From NCBI RefSeq assembly GCF_009914755.1, contig NC_060932.1: a stretch of 64,000 bases of DNA. One strand, 5' to 3'. The notes beneath the pieces were generated by a model, which made no database searches, was not told the origin of the DNA, and worked only from the letters and a program-made list of their open reading frames with translations. Each line of letters starts with the position of its first letter. The first letter of the stretch is position 1. The stretch comes from the human T2T-CHM13v2.0 reference genome, Homo sapiens. Both the position numbers and the translations under genes were made by a program. Below, one piece after another: positions 54,248 through 64,000 of the stretch.

Positions 54248-56490
54248 GCAACCGTTTAACTACATGCGAGCACTCCCTGTCTGCCAACAACACACACTCA
54301 CACCAACCCTGTAAAGATTCTAGAAAGATGATCATCCCCTCTGGAGAAGGGACTGACTCCCCAAGTACATCTCAACTGTTGGATTTTTGCCTTCTTGCAA
54401 GCATTCCTGAGCATTAGAAAGATGCTTAGGTTTCATCTGCAAATTATCTTAAGTTTCAATAGCAATCACTTTCATATACATTTTGAAAATGGTTCAGAGT
54501 TACCGAAAGTGCTTCGTAGCTCGCAAAGCTTCTAGGCACACACTTTTCATCAGCCACGCCATCCTTTGACAAAGGCAGGGCAGGTATGAACACACTTATT
54601 TGCAACTTGCCTGAGGTCACAGAGGTAGTTGGGGGCAGAGGAAGAAGTAGAGACCAGGGCTCCTGATCTTTAATTCAACATTTTGCAGGGCCCCTAAATG
54701 GAATCCAGATCCATGCAAAAAGATCCATTGCTGTGGGGAAATCCAAGCTGCTCAGAGAAGTTTAACTTAAAGCCAGATGGTTTAGAGAAGCAATCTGTAT
54801 GGAGGCACAGTGCAGAAGGGTTGGAAAAAACTGAGACTCAGACCAACACTCTTGGGGTTAATCCCATAACAGGTGCTTATATAAACAGGCCCATTTCCTC
54901 TACAACAGGGGTTCAGTTACCGTGGCAAGGAGCGAGCAGCACCGTGCACAGCTTAGGCCTTCTGCTGTACATGCCATGGACTGGACCAAATAAGCTTGAA
55001 AAAAATGAATGTCATGAGCTCTGTGAGGACAAGGATGAGTCACTTCAAACTCACTGCCCTCAGCCGTGATGCCTGGGTTTGAAGAGGTTGATCCAAAGCT
55101 CAAGGGAGAACCAAGCATACTGTTTTGGGAAAAGCACACCTTGGGAAGTGGTTAGGGGTATGGAAATGGGATGTGACCTAATCTTCCTCTTTAGTCCCTA
55201 AGGAGAGTCAACTCTGCCTGGGAGCTGCATGGTCTTTGGTGCAGGGAGTGAGAAGAGGAGGGCTTTATGGCCATCTTAGGGGCTGCCAGAGCAGTGCCTT
55301 CCAAACTGTAACATGTAGATCTTGTTCAAAGTAGACTCCAATAAAGTAGGTCTGGAATGAGCCCTGAGATGCTGCCGGTGGTGGGTGGGTCAAAGCACAC
55401 TGAGTAGCAAGGTGACAGAGGATGTCCCCTGCTAACCTGATCGCCTTCCCTGAAGGCAAAATGGACACATTCCACTCAGAACCACAGGGGGGCACCCAAG
55501 TTTACCAGATTACTTGAAAGTTGTTTAAACCCGGAGGCCTGAACCCCAGGCAATCCAGACACTCCCTTGTCATCCCTTGCTTATGGAAGCTGGAGGAGTT
55601 CTCCGGTAGCCGTTGACTGCAGAAGATAGGGCAGCAGAGTATATACCAAGAGCAACACCCTTGCAGTCCTTCTAGGCCCCTTCAACTGTCCCTAGCAGGA
55701 TTTGTGGCGACCCTGATGTAGAAGCACTAACCCCAGTACCTTCTGCCTAGCCATGGGGAAACCCTGTAAACAGGAGCCCAGAGACATTGCTCCAAGACAC
55801 AGCAGAAGCGCACAGAATGAGAAGCCCTTAGGGTCCACAGGCACCAATGATGTGTAGAAAAAGCATTGTAAAGGAGTTGAGGGTGCCTCTTGGCTTGTCT
55901 TTGTTTTTACGGGAAAGGAAAAGGCACTCCAAACCCCACCTGTGGCTCATTCTAAGCCACTGGGATCCTGTCCCTTACAACGGTTTCTCTCAGCAGGAGT
56001 CAGGAACCACAGCTCCAAGAAATTTTCATTACTATTCTGCTGCAGTGATTAGCAACCCAATCCTAACATAAGAGGGCTGGGACCTTGTCTTTGGGGCAAC
56101 AAAGGAAGGAGGAGAGGAGACTGTGTCTGACTCCTTGGGCCGGCTTGGGGATTAGGTAACCCTCAAATGATGTGCAGGTAGGGAAGCTAGCTAAGGGGTA
56201 GTTCTGGGCACACAACAGGTAAGTACGTATAGGATAGGCAGAGAACTGATGTGGGCCTGAGACGGGTGAAGGACTGAGCGAAAGAATTAGTGAGCGTGTA
56301 TTCTGAAGGACCCCATCCCTGCCCCTTCCACCCCTAGTGGTCCCTGACTGTGGGGTGTGGGAGGGGGACAATGCCAGTCTCTTGAGCTTCATTTGTAGCC
56401 CCCCACCCTTTCTCCATTAAGTCTATCACTTTTCTCAGTACTAAGGAAAGAGAGAACCCAGTTCTAGAAACCCGCTGAGAGGAAGGGCCT

Positions 56491-56537
56491 ATAACATAAC
56501 ATAACATAACATAACATAACATAACATAACATAACAT
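56491..56537 (+). repeat. (ATAAC)n pentanucleotide repeat, ~9 copies
   Basis: Direct reading. Confidence 0.95.
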
Positions 56538-56637
56538 GTTACCTAACAGTGACATAATATTTAGAATGCTTTATGTCTTCATATGAAACCCACATGCACC
56601 CTAGAATGAGACATAAAGAAGTTAATACATTCAACAG

Positions 56638-56949
56638 TTTTTTAAATTTATTTTTATTTATTTTTTGAGATGGAGTCTTACTCTGTTGTCCAGGCTGTAA
56701 TGCAGTGGCACGATCTCGGCTCACTGCAACCTCCGTCTCCTGGGTTCCAGCCATTCTCCTGCTTCAGCCTCCTGAGTAGCTGGGATTACAGGCGCGCACC
56801 ACCATGCCTGGCTAATTTTTTGTATTTTTAGTAGAGACGGGGTTTCACCATGTTGGCCAGGCTGCTCTCAAACTCCTGACCTCAGGTGATCCACCCCCCT
56901 CAGCCTCCCAAAGTGCTGGGATTAAAGGTGTGAGCCACCATGCCCCGCC
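56638..56949 (-). mobile_element. Alu (S-type)
   Basis: Antisense Alu. Confidence 0.94.
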
Positions 56950-58095
<1,146 letters not shown>

Positions 58096-59222
58096 GTTGG
58101 GGTGCGGGGGTGGGGGAAGGGAGGGTGGACAGAAATTTGGGCCTGGCCCACTGTGAAACTGTTACCTCTATTCAGTCCAGTAGGGAATCCAAAGAATTTC
58201 CATTGCAATTGTGACTCTGAGAATATTTCATTGCCCGATGCCAGGTTCAGAAAGCCACTGACCCCATCACCCCGCCTCTTTATACGCTCGGAGCTAATGA
58301 TTGGACGCTGGGAGGTTTTGGGGAAAAACAAAAACCCAACATCTGAAAAGGTCTATGCTCGCTAGAAGTTAACAGTCAAAAGCTCTGCCACTTAAATCTT
58401 CTGCCTCTTAAATCTTCTCTGAGTCAGCCTAATTGGCAGAGCCTAATTTGCATACAGAACCCTAGCTGCAAGGAAGTTTGGGTAATGTAGTTTCCAGGTG
58501 CCCTACCTCTGCAAACCAGGAAGACCTACTAGGAGGACGGAAGTCGAAATGAATGCTGAGCACCGGTCCACTACATCCACCAAGGGTGTGTAATTCACTA
58601 CCACCATCATTTGCATATGATGGTAGTCCCCTGTAAATACAAACTTCAAACAATCAGTGCTCTCAGAATCCAGCTATGATCTAACCTGGGGGCCTTAAAA
58701 GGAAGCCACAGTGGAATCCAATGGAAAACAGGAACCGGCATTATCTAACAGATAATTCCTAGTGAGGAAGACTGGAATTGGCCTCAGCATGCAGGGGCTG
58801 ACCTTATCTGACCCAGAGAGATGGCTTTCCCACTCATACCTCCACAAGACCGAGCCTAGGGGTCCTAACCACCAGCCCCGCTGCCTCTTCCAGCATCTGA
58901 CCCTCTCGGGAGGCAGTCTAGAGTATTGGCAACGAGGACAATGTCTTTGGGAAGCCAGAACTGTGCCTTCGTATGTTTTGATCATCACCACCATTCGGTG
59001 GTTATTTCCATGAATGTTTATCAAGGACGAAAGGACAGAAATGAAAAACACGAGATCAACCACTGGGGTTGCTGGTGAAATCCAGACCAGAGAGCGATGG
59101 CCCTGGTCCAGAAAGCTAGACAGACACAAGCACAGAATCGGCCCCCGTTGAGTAGAGGGCATTGGAAAGTAAGGAATCTCGCAGGCAGCCTAGGTGGGGT
59201 GTGGGGGGTCCCCGTAGCTGCA

Positions 59223-59246
59223 GGGTGGGGTGGGGGTGGGGGTGGG
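59223..59246 (+). other. Potential G-quadruplex upstream of the XPO7 promoter
   Basis: GGGTGGGGTGGGGGTGGGGGTGGG: five G-tracts with 1-nt loops. Confidence 0.65.
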
Positions 59247-59299
59247 AGACGTCCAGGGGCGAGTCAAGGGGGAAGACGGTTGGGAAGAGAGGAAGCCAC

Positions 59300-60450
59300 T
59301 GGGTGCAGGGGTCCCGGGGCGGCGACAGACCTCGGCCCCCATCCAGGAGCCCTCACCACGCAAACGAGCAGAAGGCAGCGCCAACTCCCACTCCAGCGCC
59401 CGCCTGCCGGAGCGAGCGCGGCCCCTTTAAAAACCATGTAAACAAAGCTTTGTTCCCCCAGCTGCCCCTCCTTCGCGCTCCCCCGGCCCGCTCCTTCCTC
59501 CCACCCGGCGTCTCCGGGCCGCTGACGTTGCCCGCGCCTTTACGCCGTCCCAGCGGTGCTGCGCATTCTCCAACCACGGCCCGGGCCGCCGGGGCCTGCG
59601 CAGCTGAGCGGCGCTACGCCACGAGCGCAGCGCGACGAGTCCCCAGCGCGCAGGCGCAGCGGCGACGGCGTCGGCGGCGGCGGCGGCAGCGGCTCCGGCC
59701 GAGGTGCGCGCTGGGGGGGAGGGGGGGCCGGAGAGGAGCATGAATGGAGCAAAATGGCGGATCATGTGCAGGTGAGAGGAGCCGCGGGGGGGAGGGGGCG
59801 ACCACGAAGAGCGGCGAGTGGAGTCGGGGGTGCACACGGCCCACAGGGCGCCAGCCGGCTCGGGACTCGGCAGGCCCGCGCCGCCGCCACTCGGGGCTCT
59901 GGAGCCGCCGCCCGTCCCGGAGCCCCGGGGCCTTTCCCGCCTCCCGGACCGGGGGCCTTCTCCGTCCCCTCCCACCCGGTCCCACACCTCGCGCGCGGGG
60001 CTGCAGGGACAGGAACGGGCATCCCGGCGCGCGCAGCCCACAACGTTCGTCAGTCACTGTCTTCGTGCCCGGGGGAGGCCTCCGTCAAGTCCTCGGGCCC
60101 CCCCGCCCGCCCCCCGGTGAAGCGAGGGGGACCCCCTTGCTGACTTTACTGAGGGGGACGCCCCCATGACGCCCGCCATCCCTCAGCAGATAACAAAAAG
60201 GAAACCTCGCGCTGATAAACCTCGCTCTCCGGAGTCTTTCCCGCCGCCTTCCTCTCACGCCCCGGAATACGAGAGACCCCCCAGCAACCCCGGCCTCCTT
60301 CCCCCTCCCACGGATGCGCCCTTCCCTCCGACACTCCAAATCGTACAGCCCGGAGGGCCGAGCTCCCCGGTCTTCCAAAATGGGTGCTCAGGCCTCGGCC
60401 CGCCTCCCCTCGCGTCCCCCTAGCCACAGTGAAGGAGTTGAGCGCCCACA
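59300..60450 (+). promoter_or_regulatory. XPO7: XPO7 CpG-island promoter with NRF1-like site (GCGCAGGCGCA 59648-59658), (GGC)n 5'UTR run and YY1-like motif CAAAATGGCGG overlapping the ATG
   Basis: Abrupt rise in GC and CpG density around exon 1; motifs read directly from sequence. Confidence 0.9.
59754..59771 (+). CDS. XPO7: XPO7 (exportin 7) first coding exon, MADHVQ; remainder of the gene lies beyond the window
   Basis: AAA-ATG-GCG GAT CAT GTG CAG|gtgaga inside a CpG island; MADHVQ is the known XPO7 N-terminus and XPO7 is the known divergent neighbour of DOK2. Confidence 0.93.
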
Positions 60451-63400
60451 CCTCCTATGAAACACGGGGTGGAGGGGGGTGTGTCTGAAATGAGAGATGC
60501 AGGGTTGGGTGCAGACGTTGCTCGGGAGGGTCTTGATCCGGCTCAAGAGCTGCCCCTAGCGTGCTGTGGGGCCAGGCCACTCTCCTCAAAGACAGGCACA
60601 GGCCCTAGAAAGGGACAGCCCATACCAAACCCAGTAGCAGATGGAGGACTGCAGGGTTTAATTTCTTGCAAACTAGATAAAGTTTTTCCTGTCTGTGCCA
60701 GAGATCTGATATTTTTATGACAGTTATTGATGCACATCCATTGTGGGGAACCTTCCAATTTTCTAGGTAACCAAGTGCACAGGTTTTGTGTTGTGGCAAG
60801 GAAAGATTAGAGGGCAAGAAGTGTCGCCTTTATATTCTGTGGCATCATTCCTCAAGTAAGAAGAATGATCTCATTCTTAATACGTCTACAAGAATCTGGA
60901 GTGGTGTGACTTCTGCCCCTTTCTTTGGAGAGAAGGGACTAAATAAAAGACTTAATTTTCAGGCCAGAGATCAGTAAAGTAGATCTTCGGAGTGTGCGGG
61001 ACAAGTTGTCAGGACAGAATTATAGCAAGAAACGTAATCACAGGTGGAAAACCACGGGATTTGTGTTTCAAAGCCAGTACCTTGGCTTAATTCAGAAGTG
61101 ACAGTAAAAGTTGATACAAGGAGATGATAATAATGATAATAATAATAGTATAGCACCTTGCGTTTTATAGCAGTCATTTCTAAGAAGCGTGAAATATTTT
61201 ATGTGATTTTTAAAAATTCTTGGATCTTACAAGACTCAGGCAGGAATTACTTCTGTCATTTAAAGGAACAAAAACCAAAGCACAAGAATGATAATGAGAT
61301 TTGGTTAAGGTAAGTCTAAGTGTCCCAAAGTCTTTGGAGTTTGGGTCCAGTGCGCTTCCTTACTGGGGGTTGGGGGGATGTCTATGAGCATTCTAGAACA
61401 GGCTTTGAATAGATAGCCTTTGTGAACCATGCTTCGGAATGCAGAGGGAGTCAGTACTTTTATGAATATACATCGTGCTATTTGCTGTTTCCCGTAAAGA
61501 AATATCTCTTAATGTGATCTCCCACATTTTCGAAGCATAAAGGTTGTCATTCCTGTGAAAGTCAGGATGCATCAAAGCAATCTTCACAGCATTTGTCGCT
61601 CCAACGAAGGTCTGTCTTATTTTTAGTAAGATGTTGTTCTCCCACTCACCACTCAAAAATCTACGGAAGTAAGAATTTATTAACTTTTCAAAACAAAGGG
61701 GAGCATGTTGATCAGTGTTTTATTGGTACCCTTTATTTACTTTTAAGAGCTGCAATCTGTTGGTCTAAATTAGTGCTTAGTGGTCTTCATATCAACGGGG
61801 TAAGTTTGTGAGTGAATTTTTTTCCCTTTAGAGAGAATGGGACATACTGCTTTTCTTTGTCAGACCACTAAGTGTTAATAGTATTGGGCACTCACAGATG
61901 TTAAGGTGGTACTTTATTGTGGCAGAAAACCTTCTTATGAAAAAGATACACGCTTCCCTAGGTATAATGAGTAAATAAAGGATTCATTAAAGACAGTCTG
62001 CAATGCATTGAGGGGAGGGTGGCGGGGATATTTTTCTTATAACACTAATCAAACGTGAAGTTTATAAAGGTGTCTGCTACAGATTCATGACTGATTATTG
62101 GAGAGTTGCATTTGTTGAACTAAATAGTCGAGTCATTATGTTATCTAGTGCTTTTCTGAACCACCAGGGTGAGCAGTTTTTTCATAATTGAGGCTGAGTG
62201 TCATATGATTCTCGGGTTCTCTCAGGCTGATGTCTTGGATATCTCTCTTCTAAGGATATGTATTTTATGGACGATTTTAAGTGCTATAAAACTTTAGTAA
62301 TGGGAAAATTATAATATTTGGATTGCCCTTTAGCTCTGTTGATGTTACAGGCAAGTGTCTGTAGAAGTGTGCCCTTAAGCAGCTCCTCGATGTGATGGGT
62401 TTCTTACTCTTGGTCTTAGATAACCTTATCTAACTTTCACCCTGAAGGCAGGGTGGTTACAAAGCTTTGCGTGGGAGAAAAAAATCAAACTTACTTATGT
62501 GTGTTTAATTATGTTTAGTTGCCCTTCCTTTCATGTTTTTTTTAACATATCTAAAGCTGGTAAGTTATCGCAAAGAGATGAAGACAACGCTCAGTGAACA
62601 GTGGTGATGAAGAAGATTAAGAAGGATCAGATGTTAGTTTTAATAGTGCTAGCTGGTGTTCAGGAGCTCGAGAGGAAAAGGAAGGAAAGAATATGATTTA
62701 TATATCGAATATGCTATTTAATATGAATTATATTAGTTTTACCATAAATAATGGAAATGAAGACTGATTCCAGGATTTTGCTGGAATTACTACGTTGTTG
62801 TGTTGGGTCTTATTATTTACTGGGCTTTGCATTATGACTGTACTAGGAGAATGTACTATTTGCAAAGTAGTCATAGTTTGTTTTAAATTCCAGGCACAGT
62901 AATTAAATATTGACTACCAGTGTAACTCCAGGGAGTTGTGAAGAATCATTACAACTTGTCAGGTTAAATTTTAGCAGGGTGCAAAAAGTCGGCCTGATTA
63001 TAGCAAAAGTGATGGTTGTTTTTTCAGCTTTTAACAATATGCAAGGAAATGATAAGTGCTATGGGTAGTCCATTTTGAAAAGGGAGTTCCGTACAACTTT
63101 TGAGAATTTTAAATGGAAAAAACATAACTTTTCTAACTTTTTTCCAGTTCGACTAATACCAGAATGCTTAGTGTGTGCAAGGCCCTTTCTGTGCTGGGCA
63201 CTTCAGAGGATTCAGGATGAGAAAGACACTGGAGCCAGACTGCTGAAATATCCAATTCTGATGCTCTTTTGGCAGGCTTCAGGAGCACACACGTAGATAC
63301 AAGAAAGAATACATTGATTTCAAAACATGCTACATCTGTGTTGGGTGATAAGCAATAACTATATCCCATCACCCACTCCCACCCTGATTATACCTCTTTC

Positions 63401-64000
63401 GTGGGTTTATACAAATAATATGTGTGTATTTTATTTCATTATTTTACTCCTATTCAACACCACACTGGAAATGTCTGTATTTAAAACATATATATCTATA
63501 TATTTACTTGATTACTCTGACTTTAGTATATTTCCTGAGAAGCCTTGAGAAAAATTAAGGGATGTATATATACGTGTGGGATCATTCAAACACTTAACAC
63601 AGAAAAAACAAAATACAGTACAGTGATGGAAGAATCTCTAATTTAGATGAAGGTATAGAAAGAAGTATCAGGAAGATCCCTGTTCTATATCTTACAGAGA
63701 AATTAGCTTCCATTTGACCCAGAAATTGATGTTCATAACCACCAGCTGTATTTTCTTTTTTCTTGGTTGGGTTTTGAAAGCAATATTGTACCACAGCCTT
63801 TCGAGGTGGGAAAGTTGCCAGTTTAAACCAATAAGCTAATGTCTCTCTGTAGGTACAACTACTGAGGCTACTTTGCCCACTTCAGTATGTGCAAGGAAGA
63901 TAGTGTTTTGAAACTGCATCTTTTTAAAACACCTAACATTATCTCACATTTTCTCAGGGTTAGGAATCTGGGAGTGGCTTAACTAGATGGTTTTGGTTCA

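Noticed and set aside
59097-60451. Many overlapping 100-200 aa Arg/Gly/Pro-rich ORFs on both strands
   Set aside because: Stop-codon scarcity in the XPO7 CpG island; the real coding part is the 18-nt first exon

Overview
Human-type (primate, Alu-rich) genomic DNA recognisable as the DOK2-XPO7 locus (8p21.3). It contains the complete 5-exon DOK2 gene on the minus strand (CDS 53595->49306, 412 aa reassembled across canonical GT-AG junctions). Head-to-head about 6 kb away lie the CpG-island promoter, first exon (MADHVQ) and start of intron 1 of XPO7 on the plus strand. The first ~48 kb look intergenic and are filled with Alu, L1, L2, MIR, MaLR LTR and hAT elements. Main observations beyond routine annotation: (1) a 222-bp, 97%-identical inverted repeat of non-Alu DNA at 34331-35110. 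Undoing it as an inversion-with-duplication restores a continuous, strongly codon-biased but stop-interrupted plus-strand reading frame, i.e. a candidate unannotated dead gene at ~34.4-36.7 kb that I cannot assign to a family. (2) An Alu at 20.3 kb that carries, inside its own target-site duplication, the tail and 78 bp of 3' flank of another Alu 11.5 kb away. (3) A strong-context uORF overlapping the DOK2 start. (4) Three start codons in three frames at XPO7, plus a candidate 52-nt cassette exon that would switch which ATG is in frame. (5) An inverted Alu pair flanking DOK2 exon 4. Repeat boundaries and subfamilies are by-eye estimates; no searches were run.
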